Shown here in pieces: positions 26,901 through 37,900 of a stretch of 64,000 nt of DNA. How positions within the stretch are numbered: position 1 is the first letter of the stretch; every line of letters starts with the position of its first letter. Origin of the DNA: Pavona decussata (Eukaryota); the NCBI GenBank assembly GCA_977016875.1, contig CDRNST010000066.1:744001-808000 (forward strand). Direction: 5' to 3'. The notes beneath the pieces were generated by a model. That model made no database searches and was not told where the DNA came from. It was given only the letters and a program-made list of their open reading frames with translations. A program made the translations under genes and the position numbers.

Positions 26901-29900
26901 AGTGAAGCAGCCTACGTTAGCTTTGTACCTGGTTCTGGGTAAGATAAAATTTACTGAAGAAATTTCAATTCAGCATCCCTGATACTGTCACTGTCAAAGA
27001 TGAAACTCCTGGATCATCAAGCGTCAAGATATCTTACATGAATAATGTTAACTCACAACGTATTTTAATTTTAAACCAGCGTCCTTTCTTTACCAGTTGT
27101 GCCTCATTCGTGGGACGACTTGGAAGACGTCAGGAAATTTTCCTTGCTACGGGATGCTGGACAAGGGGGATTGTTGCTCATGAAATCGGTAAATTTTTGG
27201 TGATTTCCTAGTATTAATAGTCTCAATAGCTTATAGTTGGTATTTTAGTGTCGAAATACACGAGTATGTTTGCTGTCGAAGTTTTTCCCTGTCGAGAGTA
27301 CAACAAATACTGCTTTTATGCGACTTTCATCAGTGGATTACAAATAACGTCAACAACTTAATACAAATATCTTCCGGTATTTATATTCTACAAGACCGGT
27401 TTCCGTCCATCAATTTCAGCTCGCATCGAAAACGAACAACCTAATGGAAAATTGCGGATTTATGCCGAATAATTACATCATTGTTGGAATAAATGTGATG
27501 GAATATTTCAAGCCTGGTGGATAAATGAGAATAGTGTATTATTCAAGTAAGTGTCACAGGCACACTCGGAAAATAATCCGAGTGCTCCTATTAGGAGTCG
27601 AACCTAAGACCTTCCGATTACTAGTTCGGATGCTCTACCACTGAGCTACAGGAGACTCCTAGGAGCTAATTAAGGCCATTAAACTAGGATCATGGAACAA
27701 ACATCCTGCATACTGCTAGGATTGAGCCTAGTTTAATTGCCTTACTGCAGTTATGAACGAAACTTCAGTGGGACGAAAAGAGAAACATTTGGCTGATCGA
27801 GACCGGATGTTTCAGTTAGTAGAACACTGCACATTAAGCTGGCTCAATGTCCGTTTCATGCATTCTTTTTGCAACTGCTAAAATAGCGATTGTGCAATTT
27901 TTGTTGTAACTGTAATGGTCTTCCGTCGAGTAAAGTCTGCAAAATAGCATGATTCAATTTGAGAAATTCATGATGTTAAAAACGTTTCTCTTCCCAGGAC
28001 ATGCCGTCGGTTTCCACCACGAACAGTCGCGTCCTGACAGGGACCAGTTTATCACGATATTGACTACTAACATAGAGCCAGGTAATCTAACAACTTTTTA
28101 ATGAGGTAACGGGGAAACATTAAATATTAAGCATTAATGGACAGACTGCCCAAACAAAGCCTCAGTAGAGTGGATTGAAAATGACTTTGTATGGCAAATG
28201 AAAGGGTAACAAGGTGCATATTATAGATAAGGACGAATTCACAAAAAATAACATGTTTTATCTTTGCAGATTTCTTTTCTTTGGCCTTTAAATGAGTTCG
28301 TCTAAAAATTGTTTAGGAATATAATTTTACTGTGCATGGGATTACACCATGGCCTAAACAGTTTGTAGACTTAATAAATTGCCGATTGATCATTTATATA
28401 TTGTAAAACCAGAAGGCTTGGTTATTCTAGTGGTCTCTTATACGGATTACTACAACTTACCAAATAATGTTATTTCAACGTTGCAGGGAGTTCTAAATTC
28501 CTGCTTGTTGCCTACCTTAATCTTGCCATATTACGCCGGTCCTACTTGAATTTCACAGGCTGTTAGTCAGAATGTGGATTGATTTTAAATGCTCGTTATA
28601 ACTTTGAAAGTTTTACATGATTTAGCTCCTCCCTACCTGTCAGACATCATTTCAGTTACCAATGAAAGTCACCTTGCCACTTTACCTTCGCAGCACTGAC
28701 AATGGAGTTTTGCTTAAGCATCCTCGAGCAAATTCCTTCAAGACTCTTGGTGATTGCACATTTATGTCTACCGCTCTTCCTTTAATCATTCGGGCTACTA
28801 CGAATCTCTCTTCCTTAAAAGTTAAAGTTAATTTATATTTAGGAAAGCCCTCGACTTATTTTTACACTATAANNNNNNNNNNNNNNNNNNNNNNNNNNNN
28901 NNNNNNNNNNNNNNNNNNNNNNNNNNNNNNNNNNNNNNNNNNNNNNNNNNNNNNNNNNNNNNNNNNNNNNNNNNNNNNNNNNNNNNNNNNNNNNNNNNNN
29001 NNNNNNNNNNNNNNNNNNNNNNNNNNNNNNNNNNNNNNNNNNNNNNNNNNNNNNNNNNNNTTTCTCCATCGCATCTGGCCTTAAAATTCTTTATATGTTA
29101 TTCATAATTACCAACAAATTCATTTTAGGGAAGGAGAATAATTTCCGCAAGTACCCCAGATCGGTTATTGATTCTCTTGGAACCCCGTACGATTATAGAA
29201 GCGTGATGCATTATGGAAGTAAAGCATTCAGCAAGAACCAACAACCCACAATCCAAACTAAGCAGCGAAGGGTAGGTTACTACACTAGCACTAGTCAAGG
29301 TTTTCTGATGTGTTGAAAGAAAAAAAAGCAATTCTTAAAGCTCCCTTAGCTAGTTGATGTCAATTGCACTTTTGTTTGTTATTATCATGGTTGCTTTGGC
29401 ATACATAACAATCATTTCGCAATGCAATGACCCCCTTCTTCAGCGGAACAGTAAAGGGCAAAATTAACACTTTCCTTTTTCAGTCGAGGTCCATAAAAAC
29501 GCAAAAAAAAGAACGAACAAGCTAAGCACTATAGCCTAAACCCAGGCATTGGCTCATGTCACGTTCACAAGTATCAGTCAAAAGAGGTCCGTCCTCTCGT
29601 CATAGCTTAAAAAAAAACCATTATTTTCTTAATGAAACGCCATAACCTTTTTTTCTTTTTTAAGTAATACATCAAACACGATGAGAAGTGTTTGTTCTAA
29701 TTTCAAAACCCTGAGTAGCGGGTTAAAAAAGCGAGGCACATCCGACATTTTTTATTTTATTTTTTTATTTTTAACTAAATTTGAGGCTTTTGCAAACTTG
29801 ATCAGTAAGACACTTTTTCGAGTGTTCAGTTGATTTAGTTTCTCGACCATTGGTAATTCTTGGAGAAATTAAAACTTAAAACGTATCATTCAGTTCCAGA

Positions 29901-31106
29901 ACGTTATTGGTCAGCGAGAAGGCTTAAGTTCTACTGATGCGCGGCAAGCTAATCTTCTGTACAGGTCGCAGTGCCGAAATTGTAAGTATAATACATTGCT
30001 TTGACAACCAGTTGAACAGAATTGGTAGCATTAGTATACTAACTTTTACCTTTAATTAGAATTATCTTAACTTAGAACAGGCAAATGATTCCAGCGGGCA
30101 TTAATTCCACTCAATGTTACCATGCATGATTCAGTTGGAATCCGTGGGTCACTAACCGATTCATTTTGTTCATTTATGGCTTGGGATTATTTGCGGTCAG
30201 AGGCGTATTTTAAGATGGTCATTTCACAAATTGATAACTGTGTTCTTCAGTTCGTCTGGATTCTTTAAGTATTATCTTAGATAGAATTTATATTATAAAA
30301 ACATTCCCAGCTGTAAAAACCAACATCCTTTCTACTTAAAGCTTCTCCTTTTTAGCAGATCCTACTTGCGTTGCCCAAGTAAAGATTTTGGAAAAGATTG
30401 TTCCGAATTCTTGGTGATTTCTTAATATCTTAGAACATTATTCAACAGGAAACTTCAAATTATGTTGAGATGTGGTCAGATAGCATCGCCACAAAGAAGA
30501 TGATTTTGGAACATCCTCTGGCAGTATTTTCAAACACGTTTTTTTTCTTTGTGATATACTTTACTTTCATGATCAATATCGGAATTTTGTCCCCGACGCA
30601 CATTATCAAATTTCTGAATTGCAGTAGAAACTTTGAAACTTTTGTTTCAAGTGTTGACGGTTGCTGACCCTTGAGTGTATATGCAGACTTTTTTCATTTG
30701 TTTGATAAAATCTTAAAACCGAGAAAGTATCCTTTTAATTTTTTCTCCTTCGCCGTGTTTGAGACATACAAAACCATCAAATTTCACTTTCCGAATTAAC
30801 CTTCATAATACCGTGAAGGCGCGCACAACGGGGGTCTGGAAATAGTATGCCTCAAATGTAAATACATGATTGTTAGTTTTCCGGTTTCTCAATTTCAAAA
30901 TTGTTTTAAGCGTACAAAGGAAAAAAACTGTGTTGACGAAATATGAATGGGAATGTTGAATTATCAGAATGAAACAACTGAAGAAAAAAATATTAACGTT
31001 ACACCTATACTACCCCCACCTCAAATCATGCACAGCATTCAGTATCCCACAGGAAGTGAAATTGAACGCTTTTATACATCTCAGAGTTGGAAAGAAAAAT
31101 TTATCA

Positions 31107-31171
<65 letters not shown>

Positions 31172-32645
31172 TTCATATGAAAACCTTAAGGGTTTTGAGC
31201 AAGGAATTACCAACAATTCTGTCTTATATACTTTAAAACGGTTTGTTAGAGAATGCTGGTGAACGTAATATAAGACAATATAAGACCGAAATTATTTAAC
31301 AATCAGTTACATAGACAATGTGAAATATTTCCTGCGTAATCCAGCACCAGGACGACCTGGACGACCTGGAGGACGAAGGCGACCTGGAAGACGAGGACGA
31401 CCTGGACGAAGAGGACGACCTAGAGGACGAGGACGACCTGGACGAAGAGGCCGACCTGGACGAAGAGGCCGACCTGGACGACGAGGGCGACCTGGAAGAC
31501 GAGGACGACCTGGACGACGAGGGCGACCTGGACGACCTAGACGACGAGGACGACCTGGACGACGAGGACGACCTGGGCGACCTAGAAGACGAGGGCGACC
31601 TGGACGACGAGGACGACCTGGACGACCTAGAAGACGAGGGCGACCTGGACGACGAGGGCGACCTGGACGACGAGGACGACCTGGACGACGAGGACGACCT
31701 GGACGACGAGGACGACCTGGTAAACGTCGGGGAGGTGGGCGACGAGGTGGACGACGTGGTAGACCAGGACGCTCTTGGAGAAGACAGCGTAAGTAATACT
31801 TTTTGGAAGGAAAAAATACTATTTTCAGCAAAGAGCTGATAACAATTATCTATTGAAGCATGAAGGGTGACAAAAACGTATTAGGTCTCACACAATAAAG
31901 TAATTAAGAATATTGCTACTTATTCCAAACCTCGTCAGAGGATTTACTTACAACAGTATGTCCTTTTATCCCTTTAAATACTTGAGCATGATGATGATGG
32001 TGTCTAAGGAAAGAAGATCAAGGAAGAGGCTAATCCTCAAACCACCAACCTTCAGATTTGACTTTCAACGTGCTCACTCCTACACCACCACCTCTCCATA
32101 GTTCTTTGAAACATTAAGCTAATAGTTAAGGGGGCATTACACCTACATTTGAATGAAATTTGAAGGGGTTTTAAGAAGAGAAGAAGAAAGAAAATGATTT
32201 TTGGAACCCCAACAGACAGTTGATAACCACGCAAGAGCACCTCAGGTTGCTAGTGGACTAGCTTAGTGTCCGTCTATTTATTATTAACTACAAATTCTAA
32301 TATTTCTCTTATTTTACCATGTCAAGTGGCGGAAAATGGCGTTTAAGTGTAATCCCCCCTTAAAAGATACCGGTCATTTCATAGTACTAGGGAAGATAAA
32401 CATTCACAGCACGGTAAAATAGTAGAATATGTTGATTTTTAGATCATCGTTCTTCCGTATAATCCATAGTTATGCTATCTCGCTGAACGGCTGACTTTGT
32501 GGTTTTGTCAATTGTGACCTACTGATTGGTCCTTTCTTGGCTTACTCTTTATCATCTTTTCACAGGAGCTCGAGGTGACGAACCAATTACAGAATCAAGC
32601 AAAGTGAAGGAAGCGAATACAATTTTGGAAAGTAACGCACAATGA
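23175..32645 (+). CDS. Astacin-family (M12A) secreted zinc metalloprotease with C-terminal (GRRGRP)n tail, gene B, 9 exons, ~430 aa
   Basis: Exons 23175-23238, 24304-24477, 26815-26938, 27097-27188, 27998-28081, 29129-29271, 29894-29981, 31345-31788, 32566-32645; all GT-AG and phase-compatible (1293 nt). Signal peptide [15 protein letters not shown]; prodomain FEGDM; RKR activation site; RLWPGG.VPY; TCIRF; zinc motif [19 protein letters not shown]; Met-turn YDYRSVMHY; [15 protein letters not shown]. Confidence 0.93.
23384..23647 (-). mobile_element. tRNA-derived SINE-like element in intron 1 of gene B
   Basis: Reverse strand has A-box (gcttgataggtcaattggtagagc) and B-box (ggttcgaatccc) motifs. 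Bounded by the 18-bp direct repeat aagatcaaatagaagaaa. A related degenerate copy lies at ~53900-54145. Confidence 0.75.
23882..24272. mobile_element. ~390 bp MITE (TTAA-type TSD, GG...CC ends, Kolobok-like), copy 1
   Basis: ctaa|ggacagtgcctac ... gtaggcaccgtcc|tcaa. Aligns end to end with 42032-42423. Confidence 0.8.
27508..27725 (-). mobile_element. tRNA-derived SINE-like element in intron 4 of gene B
   Basis: Reverse strand tagctcagtggtagagc...ggttcgactcc. Same family at 48082-48400 (-) and 53245-53375 (+). Confidence 0.75.
28385..28872 (+). mobile_element. L2/CR1-type LINE 3' fragment in intron 5 of gene B
   Basis: Degraded ORF2 C-terminus ([29 protein letters not shown]); runs into the N gap. 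Confidence 0.65.
28873..29060. other. Assembly gap (N run)
   Basis: Run of N. Confidence 1.
31109..31171. repeat. (ATT)n microsatellite
   Basis: Direct reading. Other (ATT)n runs at ~39315-39362, ~39487-39557 and ~58379-58462. Confidence 0.95.
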
Positions 32646-34374
32646 AATTACGTTTTTCATGCCAAGAAACAAAACGCTTTGCAGAAACGATTGAACACCT
32701 AGATTAATGACCAAAATATTTTTTTCTTTACTAGAATGCAATACCGAGGTATCGTACAATACGTATTAATTTAAAGTCCACCTAACCCTCACATTCTTCT
32801 ACAGCTCAAATAAATGTATTTGTTATTCGAAACATTTCTTTCAATAAACTTTGCATTTGGTTAAATCTTCGTCCTGTTATCATGGATTGATACGACCCCA
32901 GCTTAACTTAGTTTAAATACTTCAAACAGGATAAGAAAACATCCGCTAAAAATAATCTACAAGCTGTAAAGTAAACAGGTGAGAACACGTAACGCAAAAT
33001 AATTTGTGAGATCACAATGTAACACATGCCATTGTTAAGCAAATGGTTTACTATCTTGCAAAATTCTTCAAATCATCATATTAACCTACCGACAAATGTA
33101 CAAGAAGCTACATAGGTCAAAAGACCTAGATGAAAATTGAACTAAGCCTGACAAAATTTTTTTACACGTGCCCTTTCTTCAAAGAAACTGGTGTAAACGA
33201 ACAATCCTCCGTTCCCGGATAGACCAAACAATAGCTGCTAGACCTTGTCTCCCCAAAACTCGGTCGTGAAACAAAATGGCCCCCCTTTTGGCGGAAATTT
33301 TAAAACTTCGCCGGGCCTCAAAAAATGCTACATTCCTGCAAATTCAAAATATTTTTTGCAGAAGTCTTTCTAATCTTGACTAGAAGTATTTAAACGAATT
33401 ATCATTATCATTATCATTAACATCATCGTTATTCTCTTTAGGAGTACAACTTGTGTTAGCAAGAAGCCTTGTCTTGAGGACCTAACTTTGAACATTAATT
33501 TACCCTTGTTTTATTACATCCAAAGTTTTACACATATAATACTGCACCAATAGCTGACATAGAATGAGATCATCCTAAAAGCACTAATAATCCCCTCTGC
33601 TTTAATTTCGAGGCCCGTGAAGAGGGCAGAGTCACTTTTTAGAGAAGACCCTTAATTTTATATCTTAACGGTGAAAGGATTTCGCTAGAAAGAATTCCAA
33701 GAAACGAACAAAAAAAATAAAGAATCGCCAACTAACTAACTGAAGTAAATAAGTGCTGAATTGACTCTTTACATCAATATGCAGTTTCCATCCCATGAAA
33801 TGGGATTAATGAGGATTAACTGATGACTTAAGGAGGCTCGAAAGGGTTTCCAGTTGCACGCGCGCGAAACCCACCCATACCACGGCTAATGTACACGCTT
33901 CATCTGACTGAATCAAAATGTATATCAAAAGTAACGCACGTAGTCCACCGGAAGTGGAAGTGCGGTGTAAAATCGCACACAGTGACCGAAAACAAACCTG
34001 TAGGAACCACTTGTTTTTAAGTATCCCGAAATTTTGCACGGTGACCTATCTTGATTTTTTGCACGCATAAAACATTCAGCAAGCCATTTCAAATAGAAAA
34101 GTTTGAATTTTCTCTCGGTGAAAAAATGCCTTTTTTATATAATATTAGATCTACTAGATAACTTTTCCGCACTTTCATATAGCGAGAGCAGTGTAAGAGT
34201 TTAGGGTTTTTTTCTAACAATTCAAAGCAATAAAAAAAGTTGTTAGTTGTTGTTTTGTGGAGCTGGCCTGTCGCCACGGTAACCACTACGACTTCAGAAC
34301 TAACTTTAAAGTATTGCCCAACAAGCAAGTTAAGAGGCCTATGCAGAAAAGGATCAGAGAGCACGAGCGGATAC

Positions 34375-34860
34375 ATACGACACGCTCAAACCCAAACTTC
34401 CGCCGTTTCAGAGCGCGCTAACAAGGCCAGCCACGATCCGCTTTGGAACGAGTTAACGTTTATTGATAGACACTCACATTGGTACACACACAGGGTCAAG
34501 GAAGACATCCACACCAGGCTACACCCCTAACAACGTCAACAGGGTTAACGGAATACAAATTCCGAATGCCTAAACACCAGCGATCAATAAATACAACAGG
34601 AGAGACGAGCACCTAAGGACAGCTGAGGAGACAGTTTCTTCTCGAAGAAGCGAAGAACTAAATCCGACAATCACAACCAACAATCACGACCAACCTTCAT
34701 GATATAAATACTGAAGCGTGATCAGTCGACTTCATCGCCTGATGAAGACTAGCAGTACGTAGTCGAAACGTCATGATCTACAACTCTTGTGACTAATTAT
34801 AAATCGTGAGACGAACGATTTTAAATTTATTTCTTATTATATTCTACTGCGATGACCAAT
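34375..34860 (+). mobile_element. Penelope-like element 3' fragment (GIY-YIG endonuclease C-terminus plus pLTR)
   Basis: IRHAQTQTSAVSERANKASHDPLWNELTFIDRHSHWYTHRVKEDIHTRLHP[fs]NNVNR..GI.IP, typical of the PLE GIY-YIG end, followed by a hammerhead motif. Confidence 0.75.
34733..34778 (+). ncRNA. Minimal type I hammerhead ribozyme (PLE-associated), stem I partly degenerate
   Basis: atcgc-CTGATGA-a-gacta(gcagtacg)tagtc-GAAA-cGTC-atgat: both core boxes, 5-bp stem II, palindromic ACGT stem III and a GUC cleavage triplet. Confidence 0.7.
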
Positions 34861-35856
34861 AATCCTTTCACTATAAGATGTTTATAGTTACCCCACATGA
34901 TCCAATACCTTTTTGTATACTCTCACCATTTGAAGAAAACTACAGCAACAAAAAGGTCCTTACGAGCCTCCTTAATAGAATGAATGGGAAGGGGTTTATT
35001 TGGACAGCAGTGGCAAACGGGGGAGGGGGTGGTACGTTTAACAGAGGGGGGTTAAGGGGGCTTAATAGGGCATTTATGGTAGATAGTGCGTAATTTAACT
35101 TAACTGGTGCATGATTAAAGATCAAAGTGAAGTAACAAAGATGCACATATTTGTGGCTCTTTTCATGTCTTTAAATAAGGTATTTTAACATTTAACGCAT
35201 GGTACAACATTGAGATTCTATCCCTCTCGTTCAATAATGAGAACAAATGCAGTTTCTGCGTACTATCGTACTCACTTTTAAAAATTACGGCCCCTCCGTC
35301 ACCAAAACATGTTCTCCTTATGGACACTTATGTAAGGGAAGATGAAAATATGTTTTGATCAAGTTAACTGGCAGGTGGTTATCTTGTGATTTGTATTATC
35401 TTTACTACCTAATCTGGAGTTTTGAATGATCACCATGATTATACAACTTAATTAGCTCCTGAAAATAGCGATCCTCTTAGGATCCACATTTCGGAACTCA
35501 AGACTGAGCAGTGATGTAACTTTGGTTTAAATTATGTAAGAAGGAAGAGAAAGTGCTTGGTATAAAAGTACATTTTGTCTCCTTGGGCAATTTTCTTGTT
35601 ATAACACATAAAAGCTCAACCGAAATCAAAGTGAAAAACTAGAAAATTTGTAAGAGGTGCTATAAAATTAATATCCCTTTTATGGAGCATTCTCATCGTT
35701 GAGACCTCACCCATGACTCGTTCCAACATTACAATGCATATTCTTCTCACTGTTTTACGTAAGTTTCTAATGGTAAGTTTTTGGGGGAATTTGTTTAAGT
35801 ATTAACATTTTATATTTGGAGATCATTTCCTTTTCTCTTTTGACCCATATGTTTAA

Positions 35857-36240
35857 AGGGGCACTGTCACGGCGATTTTGCCGTTGATCAACTATATTCA
35901 AATATTTGACAAGGAAACTGTTTTGTAACATGAACATGAAATTGCTCTTACAACGAAGGGAAGAAAATATTAAGGTTTTTCTTCTACGAAGAACGAACCA
36001 TAATAATTTAAGGGACTTCTTTAAAATACACAGGAAGAACTTTCAAAAAATGGCCAATTTCAGTTTCAGGTTGCAATCCATTTCCATCTTAGCCTTCCGT
36101 AGCCAAAAATAATAAAAAAAACAGTTTCTGTTTACTAGTAGGGTTAACTAAAACTAAACTATTATCTTGACGATTCCATTGAAACAAATACGTTTTTGGG
36201 GCTATTTAAAGTGACACTAAAAATAGATGACACTGGCCTT
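35857..36240. mobile_element. ~385 bp MITE with TTAA-type ends (Kolobok-like)
   Basis: ttaa|aggggcactgtca ... tgacactggcct|ttag; imperfect TIR. Confidence 0.55.
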
Positions 36241-37404
36241 TAGAAAACCAGTGATGTTGTAGCGAGGAATTAGGTGCTGGTAACTACTTGGGTTTAAGGT
36301 ATTAAGTAAACTAGACTGGAAGAAGCACAAGTATTGCCAAAGATCATTTGATTGAGTTCTGTCCTCTTCAAAAATCTACACTGAGCTGGAACTCTATTAA
36401 TATATTAATGTGATATGATAAATACTTTAGAGATTCAATTGCTGTCAACAAAAACACTGATCACATTTAATTAAAGAACGTGTTGCTAAGTCCATGTTTA
36501 TGAATATTATCATTATCATGATTACTTAACAATACCATCATTAATGAATTTATAAAGTATCCACTTTATGAGAAATTGATTTCGCTAAACGTTGCCGCAA
36601 CTTTACAGCCCGTGAAAATGCTAGCAAAAGAACGTCTTTCGTTCGATTTATCTGTTCCGTAAGGTACGTGAGATACCTCAAGGTCGCAATAAATCCAGTT
36701 TGCCTGGGCGACAAATTTAGGCAATACAAGTTTTAGGCAATTTAGGCAAATATTTTTCATTATTTCCGAGTGTTCGGGAAAATTCAGGTTATATAGAGTG
36801 TCAAAAAAGGCCAAACACAGGCCAGAAAGACCATAACCAGGCCTGAAAGGCCAAAACCACGCCAAAAGGGACAAAAGGAGACAAAAGGGCCATTCGTAGT
36901 TATGTGTCTTTATTTTTCTCAGACACACGCGTGGGTGTCGCGCGTATTTGTGTTTTGTTTTTCCTAAAAAGACTTCCGAATGCAGATTCTTTAGCTTAGA
37001 AATTGTAGATCCTGGAGCTTGCGAGTGGGCAAAGGGCCGTCCGTGGAGCAAAAGTCTACAATAATTTATCGAAGCATTTCAGAGACAAGAGAAAACGTAG
37101 CGTTTTGAAAAAGAGACTTTTTTCAGAATCTTTTAAATTCATAGTTTTTTCATTATTGTATTTTTTTTCTTTCTCTCTGTGTTACCAAATCTTCTTCTGT
37201 AGTAGTTGTGCTTGTAAATCAATTTCATCCACCAGCAAATTTCCACTTTTGTTTGCTTTACACATGATTTCAGAACTGTAAAACAAGCGTGTCTTCTATC
37301 TGCAGATTGTTCAAGATACTGTTTTATCCTTAAAATGTTCTCTTTTATAATGAAAAATCTGTAGACCGCTGTGGTTAAAAATAATTCTATAACATCATTT
37401 TTGT

Positions 37405-37900
37405 CTATTTTTAGCTATGATGTGATCATTTTGACGACCTCAACCCGGGGGGCTATTATGACGTTCTACCTCCCTAACCTCCCGTTATACCATTGTTTTC
37501 GGATGACGTCACCCTGAATGATAGACATCGTAGCGGGAAGGTTTATAACTATTTTATGGTTATTCTATTTTTTTAAACTATGAGATCATCGTTTTATAAT
37601 GAGAACAAAATACTCCTCCACCCCAATGATGTCACTATACTATTTTTAGATGATGTCATCGCTTTTTGATGATGTCAACCCGGGGGCTATTGTGACGTCC
37701 TAACTCCCTTACCTCCCGTTATACCGTTGTTTTCGGATGACGTCACCCTCCTGGGCTATTGTGACCTCATACCTCCCAAACCTCCCGGTTTCTCTATTTT
37801 TAGCTTATGATGTCATCGTTTTTGATGATATCATCTTCTAGACTATTGTTTACTCATCCCCCCGGCTATTTTCTACTCATCCTCCATCCTCCCGGTTCCT
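37405..37900. repeat. Degenerate complex tandem repeat built on gatgacgtca / ctccc.aacctcccg motifs
   Basis: tcaacccgggg.ctatt.tgacgt..ctccct.acctcccgttatacc.ttgttttcggatgacgtcaccct occurs at ~37440 and ~37675, with partial further copies. Confidence 0.75.

Larger units (their letters stand above)
33832..34971. mobile_element. Non-autonomous Kolobok-like DNA transposon (TTAA TSD, ~14 bp TIR) with nested Penelope fragment
   Basis: ttaa|ggaggctcgaaagg ... ccttacgagcctcc|ttaa (TTAA at 33828-33831 and 34972-34975). Confidence 0.75.

Noticed and set aside
30947-31262. Poly-Ile/Leu/Asn ORFs (also 58312-58611 and poly-Lys/Phe 49271-49708)
   Set aside because: Translations of (ATT)n and poly-T microsatellites.
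31345-31788. HMGA-like AT-hook (RGRP) nuclear protein
   Set aside because: The exon is spliced to a signal-peptide-bearing protease, and the strict 3-residue Gly periodicity fits a collagen-like repeat better. Binding of extracellular DNA is not excluded.
31307-31831. Minus-strand Arg/Pro ORF (and Ser-rich minus ORF 832-1191)
   Set aside because: Antisense shadows of the low-complexity repeat exon.
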